A DNA stretch of 64,000 nt, taken from positions 62,930,001 through 62,994,000 of the forward strand of contig NC_090337.1 of NCBI RefSeq assembly GCF_035084215.1, given 5' to 3'. The notes under the pieces were generated by a model. It was not told the DNA's origin. It searched no databases and saw only the letters and a list, made by a program, of their open reading frames with translations. This document shows, piece by piece, positions 1-13,649 of this stretch (position 1 is the stretch's first letter; the number at the start of each line of letters is the position of its first letter). This DNA is from Heptranchias perlo. Lineage: Eukaryota. A program made the position numbers and the translations under genes.

Positions 1-379
1 GGTTGTTAAAATGAATGGCTGGCAAATGCGGAATGTCCCAATTTGGGCTTGCCAGCCTCCATGCCCGTCTCTACGATTGTCACTCGATTAAGTGAAGCCC
101 TGCACTGGGGGCATCGCCTCCAAAACTTGCCCACAACTTAAAACTCAGCTGATTAAATTCATGACTTAAATACTTCAATTTATCCTTTGTGGATCTGACT
201 TGTTTAACACATACTTAATCTTGGTGAAAGATAATGCTCTGTGCGACAGGGTACATTCGCCGATCCCTCGCTCTCAGCAAGGGTTACTGCCCTCGTAGGG
301 AGCACACATCGGATAGATCACCAGGAACTGCGGAGTCAACGGGTGCACTCCCCTCTCCTGCTGGCTCCACAGAAAATTC

Positions 380-674
380 AACACTTACCTTTTGTTGGCA
401 GCCACTGAAGAATCCTCAACCTGCCCTGCTCATCAATACTTCATGTTATAAAGGAGTCCTTAAACAAGGGTTAGGCCCATCGTTAACATATCTAAAGGGC
501 CTAATGCCTGTTTTAGGCATCTCCCTGGGATGCCAATAAAACGGCCCCAACGAATTTAGCAGTGGGACCAACGCTTGCACGAACTGGGCATAGGCCGGTC
601 CACTGCTAAATTGGTATGTTTTCCGCCCATTCTACGCCAGATAAACAGGTGCATCGCATACCGATTTCTACCCC
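380..674. mobile_element. Terminal arm of a Harbinger-like DNA transposon
   Basis: Ends in ccgatttctacccc and has the internal inverted pair aatttagcagtgggacc/ggtcccactgctaaatt. Its reverse complement matches 42280-42580. Confidence 0.6.
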
Positions 675-1189
675 AAGACATCACATGACTAGTAAGAAAT
701 TTGAGCAATAAGGTATATATTGAATGGTTGAGTTTATCCGGAGTGATGAATAATCAGTTCAGGCTTCTTCTGTATGGAAGCTGGTACTAATGTTAAGTGA
801 AATAGCCAATGCAGATGTCAGTGTCCTCCCTGAAGGAACTAACGACTGTCTTGATCACAGCCTCTGTATCAGTTGTCATTCATATAGAGGGGCCGTCAGT
901 TCAAAATGGGCTCACACTGCAGACAGTCAAAGCTTGAATCTTAATATCGATTGGCACTTGGGAATCAGTGGCTAACTCTTAACCAGGTTTCAAGATGAAA
1001 CACTCAGTAAAGCTTGCTTGTGATATCAGTATTTTGATTACTAAGCTATCATTTCAATTGTAACTAGTAATTTACTTGTTATCTGCAGGCCTCAATATGA
1101 CTACTAAATCTTTTAATGCTGTGTGTTGACTACCTCTCCAGACAGCTGTGACTGAAGCACTCAATTTTGTATTTTGAAGTTAAGGGACG

Positions 1190-1590
1190 ATCCCACTCCA
1201 GAGACTTGAGCACAAAATCCAGGCTGACACTCCAGTGTAATACTGAGGGAGTGCTGCACCATCGGGGGTGCTGCCTTTTGGATGAGACGTTAAACCGAGG
1301 CCTCGTCTGCCCTCTCAGGAGGATGTAAAAGATCCCATGGCACTATTTCAAAAAAGAGCAGGGGGGTTCTCCTGGGTGTCCTGGTAAATATTTATCCTTC
1401 AATCAACATCACAAAAACAGATTATATGGCCATTATCACATTGCTGTTTGTGGGACCTTGCTGTGCACAAATTGACTGCCGCGTTTCCTACATTGCAACA
1501 ATGTCTTTACTTCAAAAAGTACTTCATTGGCTGTAAATTGCTTTGGGATGTCCTGAGGTCATGAAAGAAGCTATATAAAGACGAGTTCTT
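1190..1590 (+). mobile_element. DeuSINE (SacSINE1-like) SINE
   Basis: Deu-domain-like aaagatcccatggcactatttc...gtgtcctgg core and a 3' tail ending gctatataaa; multiple copies in the window. Confidence 0.75.
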
Positions 1591-2118
1591 TCCTCCCCTT
1601 TAGTGAGCCCTATGGACCTGGTTCAATCTATTGTCTGTGCTGGGTTAACTGACCTTTGTGTAGCAGTAGGAGTGTCATAGCTAACATTGGAGAAAAAAAA
1701 TCAGACTGGGGTCCCTTTCACTGATTGCTATCCAGTGACCCCTGGCTTCCATGTTCCCCACATTACAACAGTGGCTACACTTCAAAAAGTACTTTGTTGG
1801 CTTTGGTGCACTTTGTGATGCCCTGAGGTTGTGAAAGGCGCTACATAAATTCAAGACTTCCATTCTTTTACAAACGTGCGCTCCTGTCATGGAGCCTCGC
1901 CCGCCGGCAGCACGTCGGGAAGTTTTGGGACCATGAGGTACGATTTTCTATTTTGGGAAAGTCCGCCTGTCATTTTCTGACGTGAGCCCAGCGTGAGGCT
2001 CCATTCATAAAGTATTACGAGCCATGGGTTGGTTGTTCCGTTTGTTCACCATTCAGCATGTGACTAGCCATTTAACTGGTTAACCTACTACTTTGAAAGC
2101 TCTTGCAGTTTTACTGAC

Positions 2119-2283
2119 CTGCTAGAATGAAAACAAGCCCACCAGAAAGGGCAATCTTTCCTTTTACAGTCTCATTGGTGTTCCCGAGATTGGTGCATTT
2201 CAGGCCAAACAGAGCCATCAGTGTGGCGAAAACTCCCAGAAGGATGGAGATGATCATCAGAGCTCGACATGCTTGGATATAAG
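2119..2283 (-). CDS. Claudin (CLDN10/15 subfamily) coding exon 2, shared by both first exons; TM2 to TM3
   Basis: Acceptor tttccttgcag|CT at 2284/2283 and donor G|gtcagt at 2119/2118; 165 nt, phase 1-1. Translates (x)YIQACRALMIISILLGVFATLMALFGLKCTNLGNTNETVKGKIALSGGLVFILAG, with the YIQACRALM and G-x-KC motifs of CLDN10/15. Confidence 0.93.
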
Positions 2284-3932
2284 CTGCAAGGAAAGGAAAT
2301 ATTTTAGTGCTGGTACAAGAGTGAGCCAGGACTCGTGCAGAAACAGTCACCAGAACAGCTCCTCCACAGGAGCCATCTTAGTGTCTATGAACTGTTCTGA
2401 AAGTCAGTATAAGCAGCATTTTTTTTACTGTGCTCTAAGAGAATTTCCTTCCTCCCTTCTCAGTTACCAGATCCAGTCCAGATTGACGGGATCGAGGCCT
2501 GTCCTTTCTGCCGACCGTAAGAATCCTATGTGAAGAATTTGGATGATCTCAACCCACCTTCAAGTGGCCACCGCATTAATCTGCCACTTTAGTTGGCAAT
2601 CTCTCTCAGAGAAGCCACAGGGATGATTGATGTGGGAAGTGGAGGTGCCACATTGGGACTGCACCTCTGAGGCTGGATGAGAGGCACTGTGTTGGGCAGA
2701 ATATGGAGCATTTTACTCTGCATCTGGCTGTGTTCTGCCTGTCCTGGGAGCGCTTCATGCTGACATGAGCACTGGGAATTTCCTTTGGCAGTGGGGGGGT
2801 GTGGGCGGCGAGGTTCTGTAGATCGGTCGCCATAACTTTGGCGGGAATCCCACTTATCCTGAGTTTCCATCAATCTTCCGCTGAACGTATGACGGTAGAT
2901 CAGGAGAACCTGGCGTACATGCCAGAAATGGGAAAGTGTTCCATTCCTTGACACTTGATAAGCGCCAAAATAATCCACAAAAAAAATCAAAGTAAAGCTC
3001 TTTTTCCATCTGACTAATGAAACAGTGAGATTTTAAAAATGTTGGAGTACAATGATGAACTCTGCTGGATATAGGGTGAGCCTTGAAAGGGCAGGGTCTC
3101 CTGAGATCCACATTTTAAGATATCTCAGACTACGGTAATCTGGACACCCGAAGTCCAGCTGTGATGGGAAATATTCTAATTCGGGTCCTCAGGCTTCCCT
3201 TCAATGTCTCAGATCTTGAGCAGCTTGCATGAGGGGTGACTTCATGATCTCATACTCCCCGTGGGAAGCTAAACACAAAGGAGGAATGAATTGGAGGCAT
3301 CTCTACGTTGTAGCTCACATTCACCACACGTGCGTGTGAGCCCCCTCCCAGCTGGAAGTGTAGGACTGTGGGATCATCCCAGATAACCTTTCTTTAATCA
3401 ATGTTACAATAGTCATTATTCCTCGAAATGTTGCTCTTCCTAAACTCCAAATACGACTTCATATACTCTCTTTCTGTGAGCGTGTCTCTCTCTCCTTCTC
3501 TGTGTCTTTCTGTCTGTCTGTCTCTCTCTCCCTTTCTCCTCCTCCTCATAATCCACACTGTGAATCCAAGGTTGACTGAAGGCTAAGGGGAGACCGCTCC
3601 AAAGTGTATAAAATACAAAATGGTATAATTAAAATAAACCCAGAGTATTACTTCATGGTGAGTCAGATCATAGAAATTACAACCCAGAAACAGGCCGTTT
3701 GGCCCAACCAGTCTGTGATGCTGTTTTTCCTCCTGTAGTCCTAATTCCAAGTGCCTGCTCTTTTTCTCATATCCCCCTTTCCTTCAACCACCTTTCCAAA
3801 CCTATTGTTAAATGTTGACACGGTCTGTGCCTCAACTATTAACTCTGGCAGTGCAATCCACAACCCTCTGTAGGACTGGATGGCAGAAGTTTAAATGAGT
3901 ACAAAGTAGATTTAAAACATATTAAAAAGAAT

Positions 3933-4096
3933 GGGGATGAAATTGGTCTTGTGCGATATTGCAAAATGGGGGATAGCGAATCGGCTGCCCGTTTTACACT
4001 CCATCCAATTTTCTTTTCCCTCAAAGTCAATGTCAAGCTGGCTGCCGATTCGCTGTCTCCCATTTTGCGCTTTGGCCCAAGGTGAATTTCATCCCC
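3933..4096. mobile_element. Harbinger/PIF-like MITE
   Basis: TIRs ggggatgaaatt / aatttcatcccc, a palindromic interior and a 3-bp TSD AAT on both sides. Confidence 0.75.
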
Positions 4097-4784
4097 AATG
4101 TCTTTCCTCAAAGGGTAAGAAAAACTGGGAGTTGTAATGGAGTCAAGGATATTAGTGGTGTTAGTGCTCAAAATACAGTTGGACTCTAGACTGGGTGAGT
4201 AATGGATATGAGGTTCAATGGATCAAAGGATCTTTTCTCATCCTTGACTTTTTCTTATATTCTTGTGTCTCCTATACTGACTCATTTTTCCTAGGAACTC
4301 AAGATTGTGGAACTCCTTGCCTCTCTCAGTCTTCCCTTCCTCCTGTAGTCTAAAATCCAAGCTTGTTGTCACCTGACCACTGCTACTTGATTCGTCTCAT
4401 CTTCTTTTCTACTCTTTTCAACCTTGGTGATGTCTTCCACTTTGGGCCTTGGCCCTCCAATAATAATCATAGAATGGAACCTGCAGCAGACAAACTCATG
4501 ACAATGGAAGAGTCACAGTGCAAGTGCAGAAGTACGTCCGCAGATTTGTGTCAGTTGACTATCTCCTGTTTCTTGCAATCTGCTGGTGATTTATCATCAA
4601 TAACACTCACTATCTCAGCAACACTCAGTGTGTATTACAGTTGGACTCTGATATTAATTTATAATCAAAATTAAAATGTTTCCTGCTAAGCCTCATCCCA
4701 ACACATGCATATGTACACACACAAACATATACATACTCACACATGCACACACATATGTATTCACATATAATACACACACACATA

Positions 4785-5125
4785 TAGAATCATAGAATGT
4801 TACAGCACAGAAGGAGGCCATTCGGCCTATCGAGTCCGTGCCAGCTCTATGCATGAGCAATCCAGCTAGTCCTACTGCCCCGCCCTATCCCTGTAGCGCT
4901 GCACATTTTTTCGTTTCAAGTACTTATCCAGTTCCCTTTTGAAGGCCATGATTGAATCTAACTCCACCACCCCCTCGAGCAGTGCATTCCAGATCCTAAC
5001 CACTCTCTGTGTAAAAAAGTTTTTCCTCATATCATCTTTGGTTCTTTTGCCAATCACCTTAAATCTATGCCCTCTGGTTCTTGACCCTTCTGCTAATGGG
5101 AACAGTTTCTCTCTATCTACTCTAT
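4785..5125 (-). mobile_element. CR1 LINE 3' fragment
   Basis: C-terminal peptide DREKLFPLAEGSRTRGHRFKV...FFTQRVVRIWNAL and an (attctatg)n-type tail. Confidence 0.85.
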
Positions 5126-5686
5126 CTATCATATGCATAATACATACACACACAATTTTACAAAACCTCCCCATAAATGATGAGAAATCATAGTTGGTAG
5201 GCCAATAATATATTTTTTAACAAGTACATTTTGGAAGTAAGATACTGTCAGTGAAACAAGAGTAAACCATAAAGAAATCTGTTTCTTTTTTGGTGCTTTT
5301 TCCAGAACCATAAATTGTGATTAATGAAAAAATAAATAATTCAGTTCTCCAGAATTGACAAGAAAGGTGATTTTGTTTCCTTGTTCCATTCATAAATGGC
5401 ATTAAACTACATTCTTCTGACTATAAAAATTACCTTTGACCTACTCTCGGGGGAGGGGTTTAGATTATCCAATAAGGTTGCACTTATAGAATGATTGACA
5501 TTTATCAGCAACCGCCCCCCCCACTTCAAGTTAGTGAGCTTTCTTTCTCCTTTTTTGGTCATTTTCCTGTTAGCTTAACTTAGATAAACTATGACACCAA
5601 TCCTGGTGAGCAAATCTTTTGCCCTTCACCATGATCAAGCCTCAACTTTCAGAACATAGTTGCTTTCAGTGAAGGTTTGACTCGAT

Positions 5687-5874
5687 GGGGTGGATTTTCA
5701 GTTTGGCGCCCGAGCGTAAAACTGACGTAATCCCAGATCAGCTGTCTGTTGTAGAACCCCTTGATTTTCACTTCCATAGAAATTAATGGTGATGAAAACC
5801 GGGCGGTTTCTATAATGGGTGGACAATATGTAATGCCACTTCTTTGTTCTGGTGCCAAGTTGAAAATCTACCCC
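5687..5874. mobile_element. Harbinger/PIF-like MITE
   Basis: TIRs ggggtggattttca / tgaaaatctacccc; TSD is degenerate. Confidence 0.65.
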
Positions 5875-7829
5875 AACGTCTTCAATCTGTATCCTTCACA
5901 GACCCATAAAATCTGATTTTATATACCATGGGTGCCTCCTCGGCAGGCGATGTATGGCAAGGTCACAGAAAGGGTGTGTCACCCACCTACATACAAGTTA
6001 TTGTTTTCCAATCAGCTAGATACTCCAACTAATAAGGTCAAAATCTCATAATTCTGCTTGTGGGCGTCTGACCGAATCGAGTTTTCCGTTGGACTTCTGT
6101 GTCCACAACTAGCACTTCCTCTGGGGATAAGCTTCATTAATGGAGGAATTCCTGGTTGGGTAACTTCCTGGAACAACCAGGAAATATCCACACCCATAAT
6201 TTTCCCTAAAACTCCACCACTGGATAAACCCACAATGTAGCTAGTTCTGGGTATTCCAGTGGGTTTAAACACTGAATTTGGAATACTTTGGAGCTTGGGA
6301 CATGCATGGGATTAAACAAATCATAGAATCATGGAACCTTACAGCATAGAAGGAGGCCATTCAGCCCATCGTGCCTAGACTGGCTCTTTGAAGGAGCGAT
6401 CCAATTAGTCCCACTCTCCCCCATTCTTTCCCCATTGCCCAGCAAATTTTTCCTTTTCAAGTATATATCCAATTCCTCCTGCAATTTGGCATATTGGCAA
6501 ATATGATGAATGTCTATCAAATGTGTAGACGTTCTGATTGGGCTGGAGTTTTCTGACACTACAGGATAGTTTACAGAGGTGAAATGTACTGGTAAATTCA
6601 GTGATCCTCCACTCCCTGCATTGCGCCTTACTTGAAGGAAGCTGAGGTCAGGGATAGGGCTCCTCTTGCCCTAATCCTCTGAGCCAGGTTCCCTTTGAGC
6701 AAGGTTCAACACTTGGAGGATGGGATCATTGAATTTACCCTTTAGTTACCACTACAGCCAAGGCACGAACATTAAAATTGTCCACTAGTGATAAACAGGT
6801 CTAATAATGCTTGACGCTGTGTGTGTTACTGGTGGGCAAGAGAGTCATGGACATGTGATCCAGGTAAAATGCAGGCTAGATGACGTAATAGCTGTTTGAT
6901 ATGAAGATACACAGCTGGACTCCTGCCCTCAGGCGGGATGTGTCAAGATATGTTGTTACCCATAATAGGGTTCAGAGGCCATTTGTGGGAAATATCCATC
7001 TCATCCGTGGCACTCGGCAGACCTGCGTCCCTGGACCTCAAGTCACAACCTGCCAGTTCCGCCATACTGTTGCAACTGCTAAGTGCAAAGAGGTTTATCT
7101 GGCAGATGCCAAGCAAACCCAGAGCAGTACATACAATCCACAAAACAGCACAAGAACAGTCAAAGAAGGAAAGAGAAAAGACCTAATGGACCATGGACTA
7201 CCATCCAACTGCTTTTTGAATGCTCCAATGTCTTTGCCCCTACAACTACACCTGGCAGATTATTCCAAATATTTGTTACCCTTTGAGGAAAGAAATTTCT
7301 CAATACCAAAATTGCCAGTGATTTAAATTTATCTCCTCTGGTCCTACTAACCAAACCTAATTGAAGTAATATTCTGAGTTTACCTTATCTGTTCCATTTA
7401 ATATTTTATATACTTTGATGAGGTTTCCTCATAACCTTCTCTCTCAATGCTTGATCTTCTCTCAACTTTCTTCATCTTACTTAAACTTGGGATCATTCTT
7501 GTTGCTCCTCTCTGCACCCTCCCAAATGCATGTATATCCTTTTTGTAACATAATTAGAATTGTACAGAGGACTCCAAGTGCGCTCTGAGTGCTGCATTAT
7601 AAAACCTTGCTTATAATCTCTATGGACTTGTACCCTGCGGTCCGAGTTATATATCCTCATATTCTACTTGCTTTTTTAATGGATTCACCATCTTCTTTGA
7701 ACATTAAAATTTAGTGAAAAGAAAGGAGAATGCAGGCTGTCCTAATCAAACTAGAGAGTAGGACTTTTGATCAGCGAAGATCAAAGATGAACACTTAATG
7801 TGCAAGTTATTTTTATTGAAAGCAGATTA

Positions 7830-8225
7830 GAGCAGAGAAGGTTAAGGGGAGATTTAATAGAGGTGTTCAAAATTATGAAGGGTTTTGATAGAGTAAATAA
7901 GGGGAAACTGTTTCCACTGGCAGGAGGGTCGGTGACCAGAGGACACAGATTTATGGTAATCTGCAAAAGAACCTGAGGGGAGATGAGGAGAAATGTTTTT
8001 ATTCAGCGAGTTATTACGATCTGGAATGCACTGCCTGAAGGGGTGGTGGAAGCAGATTCAATAGTAACTTTCGAAAGGGAATTGGATAAATACTTGAAAA
8101 GGGAAAATTTGAGGACTATGCGGAAAGAGCAGGCGAGTGGGTCTAACTGGATGGCTCTTTCAAAGAGCCGGCACAGGCACGATGGGCCGATTGGCCTCCT
8201 TCTGTGCTGTAAGATTCAATGATTA
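7830..8225 (+). mobile_element. CR1 LINE 3' fragment
   Basis: RRLRGDLIEVFKIMKG...RRNVFIQRVITIWNALP followed by a CR1 3' UTR. Confidence 0.85.
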
Positions 8226-10201
8226 TTCCCTGTGTTAAAATGGCATATGCAGTAAGGCAGTAAAAGTGCGCTAAGAGTTTGTACTTGAAGTTTGCCAATT
8301 GGAAGTTGTTCCTTTACAACGCTTCAATTTGCCAGACTGTAGTAAGACAGAAAGTTACTTGAAAATAGCTGCTAAAAAGCCATTGTCTTCCTAAGCAGGT
8401 CTGATCCCAGTTACATAAATCACCTGAGCTGCAGTGTCTTTACATAACAATTAGGATGATTCTTAGAGATTCATTAAATAAAGATTAAATCTGAGTAATA
8501 AAAGCCTAAGAAGGAATCAATCTTAGGTCAATGTACATAGATGGAACTGATTTAAAGGAATTGAGTAAAGCTTTAGTCCGTGCCACAATGCACAATATCC
8601 CATGAAAATCTTCATGTTTCTCACTCGAGAAATATCGTTTCAATATTTTCTATAATCGCCATGACCTGTTTAGTTTCTTCCGCAAGGTTTGCATTCCACA
8701 TCAACAATGCTGGTCCGGGCTTCTGAGTCCTCCATTTTGATAGTGTAGTTTCAGGACTCCTGTGATACACTGGTGAGACTCGTAATCAAAATGGAGGTGA
8801 AGAACTACCCAGTAACATTTTGACCATCTTGTAAACCAACTGATGCTTCAATAGTGATTTAAATAATTAATTCTAAAATGAGTATAACAAATTTATCGAT
8901 ACTTTTGTTCCTTCAAAGGTTACAAGTGGTTTGTATCACCAGTTGCTTACAATTGTTGAGACTATGGTTTTTGAGCATTCACCTGCTTTTTAATATTTTT
9001 CTCATGAGGTAACTTTGTTCTACATGACCAGGGATCGGGGTAATACCTTAGGAGAAGCAAAATGTTGACACCATTGTTGGACTGTGTGGGAATTAATCCA
9101 ATAAAAATAAGCATTGTCTCAGTAGACATTAACTGTTTGTCTAACTCCAAGCTACAACTTTCAGAACATCTCTGCCCTTAGCAAAGGTTTGACTTGATGC
9201 ATTGAATCAAAGACTGCTATAATAAGACATAACCCACTGACGCCCACTTGGTTGGTTTTGAGAAGATCCACTGCAGTAGTTGTAGGAGAAGGTCACAGAT
9301 ATTTTATACTGTACTTATAAATATTGGCGTTTCCAATTATCTTGTTGACTTGTAAACTATTTTCAACTGAAAAATTAACATGAAATAACAATAAAAACCT
9401 AGTTTGAATAAGTGTTTTCATTGAATTCTATACCAAGTGCTGGAAAGTAGGATTAGGCTGGGTGGCTCATTTTCGGCCGGCGCGGACACGATGGGCCGAA
9501 TGGCCTCCTTCTGTGCCGTAAATTTTGTATGATTCTATGATTCGTTCTATGAAGACTATGGAAGATACCTTCTGGAGGACGATAAGAAAGCTAAAAAGTT
9601 CATTTGATTGTAACAGCTCTTGAATAGTGGTACAAATTCAAACCTTTCTTAATATATTTCCCTTAACTGTTTGTGTTACGGTAACGGGCATTATTTCTTT
9701 GTTTAAAAAAAAGCAGCACCATTTCCTTCAATAGACTTTCACCAACGTCACTTGTCTCAGTAAAATGGCAGCTCATTTTCTAAAAGATTATGAAAAGACT
9801 GGAAAATTAAAGGAAGATTCTCAAAGGTTTCAATTTTAACTTGAAAGTAAATTGGATGAAGGGACATTCTTGTCCGATTATTAATCTATTTCTTTTTAAA
9901 ACTCTTGCTGTTCTCGACCAGCTTTTTGGCCATAGCGACACTGCATACTTAAAATTGCTAATTAACATGGACTGACTCATTGCGACTGAATCACAGTCAC
10001 AGGTAAATCTAATTTTAAAAAACTATAAGAGCAATGGCAGTCATTTTACAAGTGTTTATAGTTTGCTTGTAAACCCTATGAAGCACGGTAACTAAAAGAG
10101 TACAATATTTAGTTGTCCTTCTACCTAGACTTTCAAACTTTAAATTTCCAAGAGTTAAAGAAACACAATTCTACGGTAATTATTAAGAATAAAGCACCTA
10201 C

Positions 10202-10418
10202 ACGATAGGCCGAGCATGGTCTCAAACATTCGGCAGTTGAAGACTCCAGTACTGTCCTGGGCACAGCTTTTCCACAGATTCTCATACAACCTGGAGCTTG
10301 TGATCACACTCCCAAAAACAGTGGAAATCTTCCAGTAATTGTTCGCCAATGTGGATCCAGTAAGCATCCATCCTGCCAGACCCATCAGGAACCCAGTAAC
10401 CTCCATAGCCGCTGCCAT
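10202..10418 (-). CDS. Claudin first coding exon, proximal (1b), claudin-15-like / claudin-10b-like; TM1 plus ECL1
   Basis: ATG at 10418; 72 codons plus 1 nt (217 nt); donor T|gtaggt. MAAAMEVTGFLMGLAGWMLTGSTLANNYWKISTVFGSVITSSRLYENLWKSCAQDSTGVFNCRMFETMLGLS has the claudin W...NLW-x2-C-x9-C signature. Joins exon 2 in frame (T+CT = Ser) across a 7918-nt intron. Confidence 0.92.
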
Positions 10419-10549
10419 AGTCAATCTTAGAAATACAGTCTTGTCCCACGGTGAAAGTTGCAAGAAAAAGATCTCCTCTCGTCACAAGGTTGAGCACTGG
10501 GAAACCTCTCGCTTCAAGTTCAGACACTCTTTACCTCTCTGTCGCTCTG

Positions 10550-10670
10550 TCTGCTTCATAAAGGCAACCCAACCTTCGCTCTCTTGCTCAAAGACCATAA
10601 AATGATAAGGTGGCACGTAATCGGCAATAACTGGGTGTGACCTTGGGTGGATCTATTAATTACTAAGGAA
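10550..10670 (-). promoter_or_regulatory. Candidate proximal promoter of claudin exon 1b
   Basis: Unique sequence upstream of the ATG with CCATAAA (CDX-like), TGATAAG (GATA), TGACCTTGG (NR5A/ERR type, 10638-10646) and ATTAATTACTAA (HNF1-like). Motif matches only. Confidence 0.35.
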
Positions 10671-11749
10671 TGGAGTGTCTCGGTCAAGATGGTATCGATC
10701 CTACCATTATAGTAAAAAATAATCAGCAAAAAAAAAGTGATGCAACTAGTGATTTATTTATACATACTTGTGTATAATACACAGACAGTTATTGATTGCA
10801 ATATGGTGAAATGAACTCTTTGCAGGAAGAACCTATATGAATGGTCATTCACCATGAGTGAAGCAATGAGCCATGGTCTAGCACAGTTTAAGCAATTGGT
10901 TGAAATGCTTAACTTTTACATGAGATCTTTGCCACTCTGCATAAATTTTGTGCTATGAAGAGAAACACAAATGTTGCTTATTGTTTCGATCACAGCCTCA
11001 TATTTTCGAGAGAATCTCTTTGTGCTTTTATTAGTTTCAGTCCTCTGGAACCCTTGAGTCAGACAGTTAAGTTCAGTTAATGTTTGACAAGATATTGATC
11101 TGCAGTATCAATACCGCACGGGGCTTTCAGCGAAACTCAACATTGAGAATGAGAACTACAGGGTGAGGAGATGATTCACTTTGGGAAAGGATCCATTATC
11201 CAAATGCATTATGAGTAAACTAAAGGATATATTTTGAACCTATATCTATGTTGCAATGTTTGGTAATCAGTAGATGTATTTTAAAAGTAGCGCAGAGAAA
11301 AGTTGGGAAAGACCTTATCAAAGATTTAATTACTGAGAAGTGTAATGTTATGGAAATTGGGTGGAGCAGTGGATTAGAACACTAGATTTTATTCTATGGG
11401 ATCTGGGTTTGAATCCAGGCTTGACCCAGTCCCAACTGAATGAAAAGTACACAAATTCGTAGTCTCTCTCACAAAGGACTTTACATTGGTTGACGCAGGT
11501 CATGGCAATGTCACCTTGTAGTAATGGATAGTTTGTCTGAAGTTAGGGTTAAGGCACGTTGTTGGGGAAAAGCAAAAGAAGTTTTACTTTATCTAACCTA
11601 GGAGTGCTTGATGCTGACACAGGATGGCAAAATGGGAAAAATGATATCATTCCCCAGGACTGACGTTCCTCAACTGGATGAACCCCAAATAATTTCCCCT
11701 TTAAAAAATAAATAAAAGAATAAAGAGGGAGCCCCCCCACCCCCACAAT

Positions 11750-11935
11750 GGGCCAGTGGGTGAATACATTGTATATTGTGGTACGGTGCCATAACAATCA
11801 GAAGGTCCCATGTTCAGCCTCTAGTCTGCTTGGAGTTTCCTGCTGATCTCAGCTGGAGCAGTCATGAGGGACGTTACAATTGCTCCTAGTGCCCCAGGCA
11901 AAAGAGTTCTTGATTGTTATCCACCAACCCCTTCC
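11750..11935 (+). mobile_element. Old tRNA-derived SINE (AmnSINE2-like), 5' part; continues at about 13650-13740 after the CR1 insertion
   Basis: gaaggtcccatgttca...gctgatctcagc...acaattg...tgattgttatcca resembles my recollection of AmnSINE2. Related decayed copies lie near 1600-1745, 38190-38470 and 48560-48800. Confidence 0.5.
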
Positions 11936-11939
11936 GGAA

Positions 11940-13618
11940 TATTTACAGTTGAAAAAGAGGATAGCATGCTGGAAATCCCAAGAAAATTTATATTGAATCA
12001 AGGACAGGGACTCGATAAAATTAACATAAGTAAAGCAACAGTATTGAAGAAAATAATAGCACTAAAGAGTGACAAATCCCCAGGACCAGATGGTTTCCAT
12101 TCCAGGGTTTTAAAGGAAGTAGGTAAGCACATTGCGGATGCCCTAACTATAATCTTTCAAAGTTCTCTAGATTCAGGAACTGTCCCTCTAGATTGGAAAA
12201 TTGCACATGTCACTCCGCTTTTTAAGAAAGGAGAGAGAGGGAAACCGGGGAATTATAGACCAGTTAGCCTAACATCTGTTGTGGGGAAAATGCTGGAGTC
12301 TATAATTAAGGATAGGGTGACTGAACACCTCGAGAATTTTCAGTTAATCAGAGAGAGCCAGCATGGATTTGTGAAACCTGATTGAATTTTTTGAAGAGGT
12401 GACTAAAGTAGTGGTCAGGGGAATGTCAATGGATGTTATTTATATGGACTTCCAGAAGGCATTTGATAAGGTCCCAATTAAGAGACTGTTAGCTAAGATA
12501 GAAGCCCATGGAATCGAGGGAAAAGTACGGACTTGGTTAGGAAGTTGGCTGAGCGAAAGGCGACAGAGAGTAGGGATAATGGGTAGGTACTGACATTGGC
12601 AGGATGTGACTAGTGGAGTCCCGCAGGGATCTGTCTTGGGGCCTCAATTATTCACAATATTTATTAACGACTTAGATAAAGGCATAGAAAGTCTCATATC
12701 TAAATTTGCCGATGACACAAAGATTGATGACATTGTAAGCAGTGTAGATGAAAACATAAAATTACAAAGCGATATTGATAGATTAGGTGAATGGGCAAAA
12801 CTGTGGCAAATGGAATTCAATGTAGATAAATGTGAGGTCATCCACTTTGGATCAAAAAAGGATAGAACAGGGTACTTTCTAAATGGTAAAAAGTTAAAAA
12901 CAGTGGATGTCCAAAGGGACTTAGGGGTTCAGGTACATAGATCATTGAAGTGTCATGAACAGGTGCAGAAAATAATCAAGAAGGCTAATGGAATGTTGGC
13001 CTTTATATCTGGAGGACTAGAGTACAAGGGGGCAGAAGTTATGCTGCAGCTATACAAAACCCTGGTTAGACCGCACCTGGAGTACTGTGAGCAGTTCTGG
13101 GCACCGCACCTTCGGAAGGACATATTGGCCTTGGAGGGAGTGCAGCGTAGGTTTACTAGAATGATACCCGGACTTCAAGGGTTAAGTTACGAGGAGAGAT
13201 TACACAAATTGGGGTTGTATTCTCTGAAGTTTCGAAGGTTAAGGGGTGATCTGATCGAAGTTTATAAGATATTAAGGGGAACAGATAGGGTGGATAGAGA
13301 CAAACTATTTCTGCTGGTTGGGGATTTTAGGAGTAGGAGGCACAGTCTAAAAATTAGAGCCAGACCTTTCAGGAGTGAGATTAGAAAACATTTCTACACA
13401 CAAAGGGTGGTAGAAGTTTGGAACTCTCTTCCGCAAACGGCAATTGATACTAGCTCAATTGCTAAATTTAAATCTGAGATAGATAGCTTTTTGGCAAGAT
13501 AAAGGTATTAAGGGATATGGGCCAAAGGCAGGTATATGGAGTTAGATCACAGATCAGCCATGATCTTATCAAATGGCGGAGCAGGCACAAGGGGCTGAAT
13601 GGCCTACTCCTGTTCCTA

Positions 13619-13620
<2 letters not shown>
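11940..13620 (+). mobile_element. CR1 LINE, 5'-truncated, disrupted ORF2 (reverse transcriptase)
   Basis: KSPGPDG, NYRPVSLTS, DFQKAFDKV, GVPQGSVLGP and FADD motifs over three ORF pieces, with a deletion near 12378 and a stop near 12591. The 3' UTR is followed by (TG)n. Confidence 0.93.

Positions 13621-13649
<29 letters not shown>

Noticed and set aside
1-2118. Claudin exons 3-5
   Set aside because: No SWYA or YELG-type coding segment found by eye; probably beyond the left edge.
10419-10463. N-terminal extension of claudin 1b shown in the ORF track
   Set aside because: It starts at a non-ATG codon; homology and exon length point to the ATG at 10418.
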